From Moniliella sp. 'wahieum' (taxonomy: Eukaryota), in assembly GCA_003971905.1 (NCBI GenBank), contig RSEE01000044.1:496001-534826 (forward strand): a DNA stretch of 38,826 nt. Direction: 5' to 3'. A program made the position numbers and the translations under genes. This document shows positions 1-12,866 of this stretch, piece by piece. Position 1 is the stretch's first letter. Each line of letters begins with the position of its first letter. Below the pieces are notes generated by a model. The model was not told the origin of the DNA. It saw only the letters and a program-made list of their open reading frames with translations, and ran no database searches.

Positions 1-1190
1 CTCTGGTCACCGTCTTTCCACCGGTTACTAGGTGTCCGCGCCATGCCGGCACCAGTTGAAGTGACGCCGCGCCTGCGGGCAGAAATGTTCCCGCCTTGGG
101 GCTCGATGGTATCGGATGGGGAGTGGGTGGACACACGGGACTGCCGCTGGCGGGACATGTGGAATGCCTTTTTCGACACAATGGATGCTCGGCTGTATCG
201 GCTCGAACGTTTTCCAGATGTCAAGGGAGGAGGGCCCCCAATCACGGTACTGCGGCGGGAACGTTCACGATCGAGACGTTCCTCAGCTGCATGCTTTGCT
301 GCAAGGTCGGCATTAGGACCCGCCATATTAATGGTCATCTCGCGGCCGTTGTAGTTGACCCTGCCGGGTGCAATTTCCGATAGAGACGACTGATCAGACG
401 ATTGGCGGGGGAGGCGGGGATCGGATAGAATACTGCGATGGGCGGCGATGGATGGACCTGGGAAGCCAAGACCCGATGAGCCGGTGCGGCTGTGCAATAA
501 GACGTCCCCAGCCAGTGGAGCCGCCGAGTCGAGCAACGTACCCTGCTGATCCATGTCCGAAGCAGAGGCTTGCTTGGGTAGTGTTGGACGGGACGCTGAT
601 GCGCTGGGTTGGTACATTGACGATTGTCCTGCCATGCGGGTGTAAGGAAATGCCTCATGTCGGGGGGCATTGGTCTTGCTCAGGATGGCTGAAATCAGGA
701 TGCAGATGAAAAAGACACCGCCCCGCACACTGCAATCGCAATGATGGCATTGATGGTAATTCCGGATGTGTTTCAAGTGCAGAATTTGGTCGGTGCGCAT
801 GGTCTTGATTTCGGATTGGATGACATGGCGGTCGGTGCCGGAAAACAGGGGATGGGAGTGGTTAGAAGCAGAGTGCGAAGATGCATTGGTTGGCAGGCTC
901 GTCGCAGCCTGTCGAGCAAGAAGGGAGAAGGTGTTGGTGACGGTGGATGGATGACCAAAGGAACGCATTACCGAGCGAGCCTGCGGGAGAGCACCTGTAG
1001 GCGAAGATGGGGCTGGGATGCGAGCCAAGGTGGCATGAGCCGCCGCAGCCGGATGGTGAGGCATTGGAGCGGCGGCGGAAACGAGTGTGTGTAGGGGGGC
1101 CACGATGGGCAGGCGTGGTGGTGGAGGTGGTGGCGGCGGCGGCGGCGGGAGTGGTTGCGGATCGTGGGCACAGCAGAGCGAGCATGTTGC
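1..1190 (-). CDS. Hypothetical single-pass membrane protein, 3' end runs off the window
   Basis: The minus strand reads ...FSLLARQAATSLPTNASSHS..., then a hydrophobic segment ITINAIIAIAVCG(G)VFFICILISAILSK (~685-760, one frameshift), then a long open Ser/Arg-rich frame toward the window edge. The start codon is uncertain. Confidence 0.45.
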
Positions 1191-2849
1191 CCTTGACGCT
1201 CCCAGCGAGACGATCGGAATGCCAGGGGACCGGCACCCTGAGTAGATCGGCACGGGCGACACCGCACGGCGCCTGTGTGAAGAACCCAGACTGAACCACG
1301 GCGTTTGGGCACTGTGGTTTGGGTGCTGGAGGGCTAGGGTTGCCGGATGTGACGAGCGTTTGATCGGCGTCAGAGCCACCCGGCATGCAGCAGCAAGGGG
1401 GGAGCAACGCGCAGCGCACACACAGGGCGCCAGCCCAGTGTCAGTCCCGTGCCTGCCCAGTGCCTGCGCTTGCACACCGCTCCACTGGCACCACTGCGCA
1501 CACCCTGACATGCTGACACCACTCGCCCTCCGCGCTGGCTGTGACCCATCACATGTGACGTCCGTGACAGCGCACTTGCGTGCGAGCAGCGGCAACTTTC
1601 ACAACGTTCAACCGCCTGCGTCGATCAAACCGAACGGTCAGTCGGCCATCGTCGATCACCTCCCGCTCCCACAGAGGCTCCCAGCCATAACGCAGAACCG
1701 GCATAATGCATACCAGTAACCGCCCCCCTGCCGCCGTGGCGCCATCGGCACCTCTGCTGTCCAGGCGTCCTGGCCGTCCGGCGCGCTCTGCCGCGTCTCT
1801 GCCTGCTCGATTCCCCGCGTACTATTATAGCGCGCACGTGCCCCCCCCGACCAAAAACACACAAAACGCGCCTTGGGCTTCGCGTTCGCGTGTACGGCGC
1901 CCCAGCGTACCTCCCCTCGTCTCGCTGTACTCCACACAAACTGCTTGCCAACTTGACCAACTTGACCGAGTTTGCAGAGGCACCAATCCAGATTGTTCCC
2001 TTGCTCGCCTACTCCCCTTCTATTGGGACAGGACAGATATCACCACGACCAACGGATTCCTCTACCGCCGCCTGCGCCCTTACTCCTGGAAGCGATGACG
2101 ATGAAACAGACTCAGAAGACGAGAGGTCACACGTTGTATCGCCCCTGTTCGATTTACGATGCCCAGAGATGCAGTGTCACGGGCGACGATTAGGTCGCGC
2201 CACCTCCACTTCCTTATCGTCGCTCTCTTCGCTTCTCGGCTTCATTTCTATCATTATTCAAGTTTGTTGAGCCATCGGGTGGCTCGTGCTTTGGCCAATG
2301 TTCCTTCAGTTCCTCCTTAGGCCTGGAGTGCCGTTGTTTTCTCTCTCCTGTTTTTTTTCCTTGTTCTGCAGCTTAGCCCCTGGTGGCGACTCGCTGCTTG
2401 ATGTTCCTCTGTAGGCGTTGATGGTTGGCTTAGACCACCACCACCACCAGTGCGATTGCATCACCCTCGAGGACCATCAGGACGCCAGGTTTCATCAAAG
2501 CTTGCTATCTTCGCTCTCGTGACTCGGATTCTCAGCCCATCTACAAATCCATAACAGAAATCGTCTCTTCTTCGCTCGCGCTCGTCTAAAATTCCAAAAC
2601 CTACACATGATTTCGACTCACTCTCTCGCCTCGTTTCTCGTCTCGGGTCCCCTTTGCCTTGACTGTCGCCTCCTCTCTCGCCTCGTGCCTCTCGCGTTTA
2701 ATCATCACTTCTTCCCTTTGACTCGTTTCCCCTTTTTGCTGTAGATGACCTGTTGGTCTTCCCTTTGTTCCCTTTCTTTCTAGAACCTGCTTGTTCTTAC
2801 ATTCATTGAGATGGCCCAAGCCGCCCACCATTCTGACCCCCTCTCTTTC

Positions 2850-4120
2850 TTTTCTAGGCAAACTCCTCTAACACCGCCTTTCAGATCAGCTCGCTTGTCC
2901 TCCCTCGCCCATCGGGACTTCCCGCTTTCTTGTCCGGCCCCTAACGTGCAACCTCCCCGCGACGCTGCCTGCTCTTCCCGACGAACAGTAAAGCACACTA
3001 CTCAAGGCCCACCAACGTTATTCACGCAGTGCTCCTTAGATTTTGGATCTGAAACCGCTTTCGTCCTCCGTGAGTCTTGTCCCGATGGGCAGGGAAGGTC
3101 TCCGCTTGGGAAGCCAGCAACCCTTCACAGCCAGTACCATCCTTTTCAAGAAAAACGGTGCCGGATTCATCTCCTACATGTGGTACGGCTTCAAATCCGA
3201 TACAAGCATGGTTCCATCTAGCGCAAAGCGATCGAGTCATCGCCGAAGGCCCGTAAGGTTCTCCGTTCTGTATACCTGAAGTGCAAAATCTGTTGGTGCT
3301 CGAATTTGGAAACGACAATATGCATTTCGACGTATCCTACGCGAACGAGGAGGGCGCAACTCATAGTGCTCCATGCGTAGCTGGTCGCGCATCTTGATCA
3401 GTTTGTAATGTGGTCTTCTCCCCCGCCGTTGTGGATGTAATTATTCCCACGTCCCCACGCCTTTTATTTGAGCCTCGGTTGAACCCCATGAACATCGTAT
3501 TGCAGCCATCTGTCTTTATATTACCCCTCAAATTGAGAGATGAGGTGCAATTCCAAGAATCCGAACCAAACATGCAAGTCGACGAATTTGTTCCCGTCCC
3601 AGGCATTTACACATTCTCTTTTCGCGTCTACCCCTCCCCACAGGCGAGGTTCCGGGCGAGACTGTGACGGTTGCTTCGACTGAGATGAGGGAAATTGCGA
3701 TCGAAAAGTGAATCGTACTTTGTCCAACCCACCTTTCGGGCTCTCTGCAAACCAGCTCCTTTCTATGCCGATCATACCGTCTGAAGAACCAATCAACAAA
3801 CAACCATCTCCCCACGCCGTCTGGACCGACTCGACCACTCCGTCGGGTCAGGCTCTTTGTAGTGGAACAATGGATCGTATAGACTTGTTCGCTAATATGG
3901 TACCGATACTCCCTACAACCCACTGCCCAATCTGAGGTCACTGTGTACATTACTCATCGAAACCGGCCCATCCCGATATGTCATTGCGGCACGCCACTGT
4001 CTTGATTCCCTCTGAAGGACAATGGATCTTTCTGCTCCATAAGAAGGCCCGAGAGCAGTCAAGTTATCCTAATCATCCACTTCCACCCCTTGACCACGCT
4101 TAGCAACAAACGAAACTAAC
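2850..4120 (+). CDS. Possible hypothetical protein (fragmented, no family recognised)
   Basis: Successive globular-looking ORF pieces (3043-3279, 3410-3667, 3708-3935) follow a pyrimidine tract ending in TTTCTAG (~2857). No motif recognised. Confidence 0.25.
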
Positions 4121-7067
4121 AAGATCCACTGAATGTAAAAAAAGGCCAAAGGAGAGTGAGGCAGAGGCGTGTATAATGTTGGCCTAGGAGCCAAGACGGG
4201 CAGAAAGATGAGGAGAAGGTGATGGATTAGAGCCAGAGTTGGGTCTGGTACAGAGGCATCTGTATCGGAGGCCGGACTAGGCGCAGGGCCAGTGAGTCAC
4301 ACAGAAGAGAGTGCAGGCACAGGAACAATAACACGCTGGGACACCAGCGTGGAAGCCGATGAACCGAGGCGAACCTGGTCTACTGACTGGGAGCCGGAGG
4401 ATCACAGTCAACATATAAGCGAGTCAAAATGATCAAACCGTGTCCCTCCACCTGGGGAGAGTAGCAAAGAAGCCCTGGTCCGGACTTCCCACTGGGAGCG
4501 GCAAATGAGTTGGTGGCGCGGGAACAGGCATTAGTACGGGAAGCGGTGCGTAGCCTATAGTATGGCATCAACACACGAAGACCTCCCTGGTCTCTTGCGG
4601 ATGTGGTCTCTTCCATCGCCCACAGCCACCATCTCAGGAGTAAATACACCGGCTATAACGTTTTTACCAGCTATACTGGTTACCCATATTCCATTGGTAA
4701 GGCCCTCAAGCCTCCGACTCAGGGCCTCCGGTGCATAATCGACATGTGGACGATTGATTAGCTCGATTGGCTTTATCGATTATCGATTGTCGATCATCAA
4801 TCTCAGAGGTCTCGAAGCAATCGCTGTTGCACATTAGCCTCTGGTCTACCAGGGTCTATCTGTGGTCTACTGGCCACTAGTCGGCGGAACACAGACGCCA
4901 TCCTATAGCTTTCGACCCTTTTCAGCTCTCAAAACAGATGGATTCATCAGCCGCTCAGTACCAGTGTGGTTTTCAACAGAATGCTTGGCAAAGCAAGGTG
5001 ACGGAGCGGCTGGCGTCGTCGCAGATGAACGCGTTGGGAGAGGCCTTGGCACGAAAAGGTGGGGGGGGAAAGCAGGTGGGTATCCGATGAGGCGATGATC
5101 GATAATGGATAGGCGCTATCATACACATTCTGCATCAGCGCATCAGTACGCGTTAAGCTCAGCTTCAAGAGCTTCAAGTGCATCGGATACCGGCAACCGG
5201 TTAAACCGGTTTACCTGTTCTTTCGATCTTAACCAAGCCACAATAGCATCACTCGCATGCATCACGCATCACATGGCCACATGTCAGTGGTTGGTAAGGA
5301 TGCTGCATGGCCATGTGCATCTAGCAGACCACAGAAAACGCCCTGAGACACCCCTAGGGTGGTGCTGCCATGAGCCACTGAGCCGCTCATCGATTGTTCA
5401 TTCATTGTGGCGTGGGGACACGGTCAATGCCCCAGGAGAGATCAACATGATCAACAGGATCATTGATCAGCGATCACGCGTCAAGTGTCGCTCGGTTGAT
5501 GCATCTCGATCATTTGAGCACACGCTTCCATCTGCTCCATTCCAGGGCCCCATGCCTATGCACCGAGGGCGTGGCATGGGCAAGCAAAGCGCCAGTGCTG
5601 GTCGCTGTTCGGCTTCACTTGTTCCGTTGCGAAGAACTGCCATCGTCGATCATCGATCATCAATTCATGGTTCAGCCAATGTCATTCACCGACATCATAT
5701 GTTTTGCGTCTCCCGCATCCTCTCGGATCTCATCGATCTCATCCATCATCAATAGATCAATCGTCTCCTCCCTTCATGTTGTGTGCATTCCATTGACAGA
5801 GCTTAAGGCTGGGACAGGGGGAACGCTACGTCTAAACCGAACCGTTCATCTTGCGGGGGTTGTTTGGAAGCGCCACTAAGGTCAAGGAACCAGGAGGATT
5901 GCCAGGATATCAGGACCCTCCGGCTCTCGCCATCCGGTCCCGTACCCTAGGAAGCGCGTGTGGACACGGAGGAACGTGGTTGACATACGAGCGAGGAACC
6001 ATTTCCACTGAGACTTAGTACTTCTTGTTACATGCTATCGAGAATCTTTCTCCAAGCGTCATTATACATTGCGATGATCGAATCATGAGGAAGTTATAAA
6101 CCTTGATCGACATGTTAACACGTTATACACATGTTACAAAGCTCCGGGTTATATTACACCGGTCTTATCTCTTCTTTATCGATTATCGACATCCTTAAAG
6201 CGAACAATGAGTACTGTTACATGTGGTATAGCCCTGTCGTCGTGAGATCCTGAGACTGAGGCTGAGTCTCGGGCCTGGTATAGAGGAGAGACAGGGGTCC
6301 GAGCAAACCGGTGTAATGCGCTCATATACATAGCGCTCATATCCTCAGGCCTCACAGACAGGCCTCCGGCCTCATATGCTCACAGGCGGAGGCTTCAACT
6401 TGAAGCTTGGGCTTGAGCGCTGAGCGAGCCTCTCGAGCTCAAGCTTCAAGCCACTTCGATCTGCATCACGCCTGAGCTCAGGTCTCAGGCTGAAGTATAT
6501 CATGCATCAGGCCTCAGGCCCATCAGGCCTACCTAATACAGTGCCTATCGTATATGCGGTAACCTGTAACATGTAACCGGTTTAACCCAAAGCTCCGAAA
6601 AGGGATAATACCTCCGTAGATGTTGTCGGCCCTGTCTAAACCACATGTCTATACCATGTGGTATGGCAGAGTACAGAAATGAGATCGTGCTGTTCGTGAG
6701 TACTATAATAAACTCAGTAACTAGTAAACCTTTTACGTCGATGCCAAGAACCTGAGAGTACTTGTACTTACCTGTCAACGGGCCATACCTATCAGCGCCA
6801 TCAGTACATCAGTGTGCATCAGCCACTTCGCGTTGTAACACATGTCTGTGGCATGCGATCCGAAAGCATATCATGTTACAAGCCATGCTTAGATCACGCG
6901 ATCACCAGCCTGAAAGCTATCATTTATCGAGTTTGTCGGCAGGGGGAGGGGTGGCGGTGGAGGCTGAGGATATCGATGATCATGTGTTACATCGCCGTTG
7001 GCGTCAGTGCCTAGCATAACGCGTATACTATGATCGATCTCCATTATTACCCAGTGGTGATGGTATG

Positions 7068-7074
7068 TATATAA
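7068..7074 (+). promoter_or_regulatory. TATA box of sedolisin gene
   Basis: TATATAA about 76 bp upstream of the ATG at 7150. Confidence 0.55.
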
Positions 7075-7149
7075 GCCTGGTCGGGAAACGCGCTCAACAT
7101 GCACTGTTCAGCCCCTGCCTGACCAGCTACCTTCGCAGCTCCTTCCGAC

Positions 7150-9077
7150 ATGTTCAACAAGAACCTCCTCACTTCCGTGCTCGTTCTGGCCGCCGCCGCC
7201 GGCGCAGGCGCGCATTGTTGCGCCTAAGCAGATCCCCCATGTTTACTCCGTCGGTACCCCAGTCGACCCTTCCACCGAGGTGACCTACTCGGTGCAGCTG
7301 CCGGCCGCAGGCCAGGCGGCGCTGGACAACAAGATGGCTGAGATTGCCAAGTCGGACGGCAAGTGGCTCTCGGATGAAGAGCTGCAGGGCTACACTCGTG
7401 CCTCGGATGCCCACGTCCAGTCGGTCAAGGCTCACTTGACCAACTTTGGAGGAAAAGACATTAAAATCAACAAGTGGGGGGACAAGATCACCGTTACTCA
7501 CTCGGCCGAAGAGGCCAACGCAGCCTGGTCAGCCAATCTGTCCCAATACACTCACAGCGTCACAGGCAACAAAATCTTGCGTACTAGTCAGTACACTGTG
7601 CCGGATGAGCTGCAAGATGCTGTCCTCAACGTTCACCCCTTTACGTCGTTCAACAATGTTCGTCGCTCTGTCCCTATCCTGAGACAGAAGATGATCGAAG
7701 AGCGCACTGCGAGTGCCGGTGGCTGCAACGACGACGCCATCTCTATCAGCTGCATCAAGTCCCAGTACCAGTCTTCAGGATACACACCCAGCCCCCAGAG
7801 CGGGACGGTTGACACCCTCGTCATGGGCTATGTTGGTGAGTACGTTTCGCAGAGCGACCTCACCTCGTTCATGCAATCCCAGACGGACCATGGTTCTTAC
7901 AAGGTCACCATCAAAACTGCGGGTGGTGCCACGAATGACCCCAGCAACCCTGGTACCGAGGCCATGCTCGATGTGGAAATGGTTAGCGGTATTAGTGCCC
8001 CCCCTCCACACCACATTCCTCTCCTACGGAAGCAGCAACCCTTCCAATGATGACTTCTTTGTCGACAGTTTTGACTACGTTCTTGGTCAGAGGTGCGTAA
8101 TTGATTTTCCTTTCTCTGCTGTTTACTCCAACTGACTTTCCTTTCTAGCACCAAGCCCGGTGTGATCACTATCTCGTACGGCGACGACGAGTCAAACTTC
8201 TCCGACAGTGATGCCCATTCGCTTTGCAACGCTGCCCAGAAGTTGACGGCGGAGGTACTACGGTTGTGGTTGCCTCAGGCGACAACGGTGTCAACTCGAA
8301 CCAGGTTTGTCCCATTTCCTAATACCCCTCTAGTATCTCCCACTCATCCTTCTTCCGAGATCACCATGTCTTAATTTTGGGTATTAACTGACTCTCTCGT
8401 CTGGATCACTCTTATGAACACACAGGCATCTTCGGGAGAGACGTGTGACTATTCATTCAACCCCACCTTCCCCTCTGGTTGCCCTTACATCTTGTCTGTA
8501 GGTGCAACCCAGAACACGAGCCCCGAGGTCCCGGTCGATGGAAGCAACAGAGTGGTTTCTGGAGGTACGTTCACTATTATATCCTTTCTCTTTAGTTACC
8601 AAGCTGCTGTGCTAATTTCTGACTCGAATGGACACAGTGGTGCTGGCTTCTCCAACATCTTTGACGCCCCTTCGTACCAAGCGAGCCAAGTCAAGTCGTA
8701 TGTCAACAGCATTGGCAACCTAGACAGCGGCAAGTACAACCGCAATGGCCGTGCCTTCCCCGATTTGGCTGCACTTGGTCTCAACGTGCAGATCACCGTA
8801 TCGGGCAAGACACGACCGTAGGCGGTACCAGCGCTGCCGCGCCCATTGTGGCAGCTCACATTGCCTTGCTGAACAACTACCGGGAGCAAACGGTAAGGAC
8901 CCGCGTGGGTTGGTTCCACTCCAAGCTGTACGACAACCCTTCGGCCCTAACCGACCTTACTACGGGCAAGACGGGAGGATGCTTTGAAGATAACACCCTT
9001 TACTTCCTGCCAAGAAGGGCTGGGACCCGGCCAGTGGTCTCGGCACTCCCCTCTTCCAGGCTTGGCAGAACCTCTAA
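7150..9077 (+). CDS. Secreted sedolisin / tripeptidyl-peptidase I-like protease (peptidase S53) with prodomain
   Basis: Signal peptide MFNKNLLTSVLVLAAAAG. S53 motifs EAMLDVE (catalytic E/D), ISYGDDE, ASGDNG (oxyanion D), FNPTFPSGCPYILSVGAT, GRAFPDLAA, GGTSAAAP (catalytic S) and GWDPASGLGTP. TAA at 9075-9077. GT-AG introns at 8093-8148, 8305-8425 and 8565-8637. Several apparent indel frameshifts. Confidence 0.93.
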
Positions 9078-9265
9078 ACGGCTCTCTGTCAACTCTGATC
9101 CCTGAGACTGCCGCTGATGCTGGCGCCGCGTTTTGGGGTCCTCGATGATCCTGATGACCATAGGGGTCTTCGATGTGGATGACCATACGAGTCGTTACTC
9201 ACCTTTGCCTTCTTATGGGTTTTGTTGTTCCGACACCAAAACTGGAGAGGCATGCTTGCACATGC

Positions 9266-12200
9266 CTACTCTTTTTGCACACCCTCTTGCCTCTGCTTAC
9301 TCCGAATAAGTGAGAGTATATTTTTTGTAATTAATGCCACTATACGGATCTCCATGAGCTGTACCACATGGAAGAATGGCATATCCACGTAATGCCCGCT
9401 TTGGACGCCATACAGTTCAGATACGCCTAGGGCACGCTCGGCGGATTGGATCAGTTGGGCTGGCCCACGCGCGTGCGATAGGTTCAGGCGGCTCCTTTGT
9501 GGTCCCTCGGCATCCAGCTCTTCTTGCGCGTTGTCGTCCGGGGGTCCGTGGCGGGACAATAGTTGCACTGCGCCTCGGACAGCCATCAGACGAACCACAT
9601 CACTGCCTGAGTTCTGCCCATTTGTCAGAGATTGGGCATCTCGAATAACCTCCTCGTACGCTCCTTCTGAGGATACGTCCATCGTCCGCGCTGGTCCATA
9701 TTGCCTGATGGCTGGAATTGCATGGCACATCAAGGTGTGCATCTTTGGCTTCTCGAGCAACTGGGCCGGCGTTATTGGCTCGAGGCGCGAGATAGTGTCA
9801 AACAGGTGGAAGAGAGATTGTTCAAGGTCAAACTTGGGTTAAAGCAGAGGTTAGGAGTCATCGTGATTAATGTGCGCGAAACTGCAAAGAACGTACCAGG
9901 TATCCTTTACCAGATTGGTTTCTTCGACATACCACTTCTGATGGAAGAGGAACTGAACACGGGCTGCAGCTTGGATGGTATTGTACAGAGCGCGGGGAAA
10001 TAGAACTCCGAATCTCGTCCTCGACTTCCACCCCCCGACGGTTATCATTGGGGCGGCTGCAATCGGAACGAGGACAAGCAAGGTCCTGATATCTTGCCCC
10101 CGTAGCCGACCACATATCGGCCATTAGCTCGCGCGCCCGGTGTTGTTGGCTATCTACTCCGCAGGCATGCCGCGCTGACTGCCGCCATGTACACCTGGAG
10201 ACGATCTTTGGCCTTGGAACTTAGAGTGAAATCCATCAGATTCATGAGTTCTTCGCCCGTCCCTAGAAGAAATGTATGGAGATAATCGAATGGGAAAGCT
10301 TCGGCAACGGGAAAATTTTCCAGCTCCAGGAGAGGAGCGTTGGGGAAGCCAGTTTTGCGCAGACTAGACGCTCTCTGTTGCGCTCAATAGCTTCAGAGAC
10401 GGATAACCCATTCGCAGTGGTGCCTGGTGTTCTGGTCTCCGAACCCCCGTTTCTCGCCAAATCAATCTCCCTTTGAGCGGTACAATGGAACTGGTGGATG
10501 ATCTTGTCCTTAACGCCATGGGTCTTGGCAAGAGCGTCATATGACGGCCGAACCCAATGATCGAATTGCCAGCTTGAAGGGCAATGACGCACTTGATCTT
10601 CTCATTATTGCGTGCTTGTCCTGGCGTTAGGATGGCTCGAATCAGCTGTTCCGAGGTAATGTCAAGGTTTCGGTCCAGGAGATCCGTAAAGGATGTGCAC
10701 ATGCGGCAATATCCATTCGCAGACGTCAAGGTGGAGCTCAGTGCCGCGTGGCACCGGTTGTCAGCGTTGATACATAGGAGCTTGGGCACCAAGATGAGAT
10801 TCTCGCCCGTTACGCCGTCTCTCACAGCCACATCGCTCTTGCTCAAAGCTTGAAGTTCCTTAACCAATGGTTTACATATACCGACTTCGCTGGCGCGTGG
10901 ACTTGTAGCATAGACATGAAAAGCGAGGCGGGAGGCAAGATAGTCCGAAGAAAGGGCAGCCGATCGAACGATGATCATGGTGCGCACGGCGGTTTGATGG
11001 TGTGGGGCAGACAATCGGGCATCATCGAGCGACATAATCAGAGGTGCTATGAGAACCTTGATGCGTTCAGGATCGGGAGACAATGCTCGGTAAGGATTCG
11101 GCTGCATCGCCTTCCCTTCAGTGTCGACAAGTTTAACCGTGCGTGCCGTTTCGCCCAAGGACCCAAGGGTGCTCAGTAGCACGACGTGCTCTTTGCCCGT
11201 CCTCGTCAAAATAACAGGGTCAGACTCGGTACCAGCAGCCAGGGGCTGGTCAAGTCGTAGTTGCTCAATGATCGCCATGGCAATTCGAGTCCCTTCAGTA
11301 TCCTCTTTCCAAAACCAAACGGTCGGTCTCACGAGCCTCACGGCAGCCCCAGTTCTTTTAGACCATAAAGCTGGCTCATGGAGCCAAAGAAGTGACTCGT
11401 CGCTCAGACGTATTGAAGGTTGTCGAACGGTCCGGTAGCGTGAGCCGTCACTGATGTTCTCGCACAGGTCGCGAAACAGGCATGTCACTCATAGCCCCCG
11501 CAGCTCTCTTGATTGGTACATTAGCGGAAGAATGTCCACAAGGCTTCTAGTAAACACCTGCTCTGCACGGCCATCAGCCGCTGAAAACACGTCCTTGGGC
11601 TTTCCAGCAATCGCTTCCTCAATGGCGTTGAGCTTGGAGAGGGTTGGAATAGGGTATTCTGGGTAAAGTTGGGCAATTTTTAGGAGAGCCAAGCACTGCT
11701 GTTTGCAGTCTTCGGGCCAGGAAACTGTTAACTCGTTGAACCACACTGACTGTTCCTGATCCTGCGGCGTACCCCATATATTGAATCGTTAGCAATGTGG
11801 ACGGTAGGACTTGAATGACGTACCAGGATGTCCTCCAAAGGTCCGAAGTCATCGGTATCCAATTCATGCTGGGACGTAAATGCCATTGGAAGGTTGGCGC
11901 TGTGGTTGGTACGTCTGTCCCATGCCATTCGCGAATGGCTCTGAAGGGGGCCAGAGTCATCTCTTAGGGGGCCGAAGAATCATTTGGCACCTTCGGCCGG
12001 GGACCCGCAATATACCTTATCAACGTTCGAAGGGCCTCGTCCGTCTCAGTGTCATCCACGTCTTGGACTGGTGTGGGATATCTTCATAATCTCCCTCTTC
12101 ATCCATTTCATCGGTCGTGATGGGGTTCCCTTCTCCCTCCTCGACTTTGCTGACAATAGAGGGAGCAGAGTTCAAATTAGGACCTGAGTGATTTGTTTGT

Positions 12201-12866
12201 CGGGGAGGGAAAGCAGAATGCGGGAGAGGGGAACGGGCCAATTCTCCTGGAACGGACCGAGATGAAGAGGGGATCGCCCTCTGATGTCCGGTAGCCTGCC
12301 GGTTCCGATTGTGTCGGGAAGCCTCCACACGTTTCTGTTGATGCTTGGAAGAAGTGAGATGCTTCATGGCGGCGCTGAATCATTTTGGTTCTCCACCGCA
12401 AAGGAGACATTTGTACCCAAACACCGTCCCACCGTAGACGGCATTCAAATTGGGGCGTAGCCATACTTGCCATTTCCGTTGCCCTGGGCTGTTCTTCTCA
12501 ATTGCGGTAAGACAGACAGCGGCGGATTCGAGGGTTTCGAGGTGTTGCTGAGTTCTCAGGCAGTGGAAAGTCTCCAGAACGACACTCACGCCAGATCGCA
12601 TGCATGATGTCCAATGGTCGACGTGCAAAGAGTCTTCGAGAGGTGGCCTTTGCTGGTTGGAGTGATGCTGGACGGTCGAAGCGCAGCAGGTTCTGCTTGA
12701 CACGTGCGCACCACGTTGCGCGTGAGAAAATACCGCGGAAGGCAGTCAAATGCGGAACGCGCAAGGCGCGGAACTCGGGACTAAACGCGTCGCGAATAAG
12801 GACCGGCCCGGGTGCGCTGGTGCGGGCTTGCTCTCGAGGGGCTACAGAGACCCCTGAGGCCGGCAT
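9266..12866 (-). mobile_element. CACTA/CMC-superfamily-like DDE transposase gene (fungal type) with N-terminal C2H2 zinc finger; no TIRs seen
   Basis: Stitched across frames: zinc finger YKCLLC...KHLTSSKH (~12330-12415), PLIMSLDD (first D, 11021-11026), LLCINADN (second D, ~10760), GYCRMC (CxxC), HGVKDK, NAPLLELENFPVAEAFPFDYLHTFLLG (~10260-10345), KPKMHTLMCH...IRQYGP (HxxxxH), SEGAYEEVIR (candidate E), TNGQNSGSDV. Probable intron at 9833-9896. CxxC and H(3-4)H between the second D and the E are CACTA/Mirage/Chapaev/Transib signatures. Confidence 0.75.

Noticed and set aside
5105..5879. 216-aa and 138-aa ORFs in the palindrome-rich spacer
   Set aside because: The translations simply mirror the ATCGAT/GCATC repeats (I/D/H/S-rich) and show no protein-like features.
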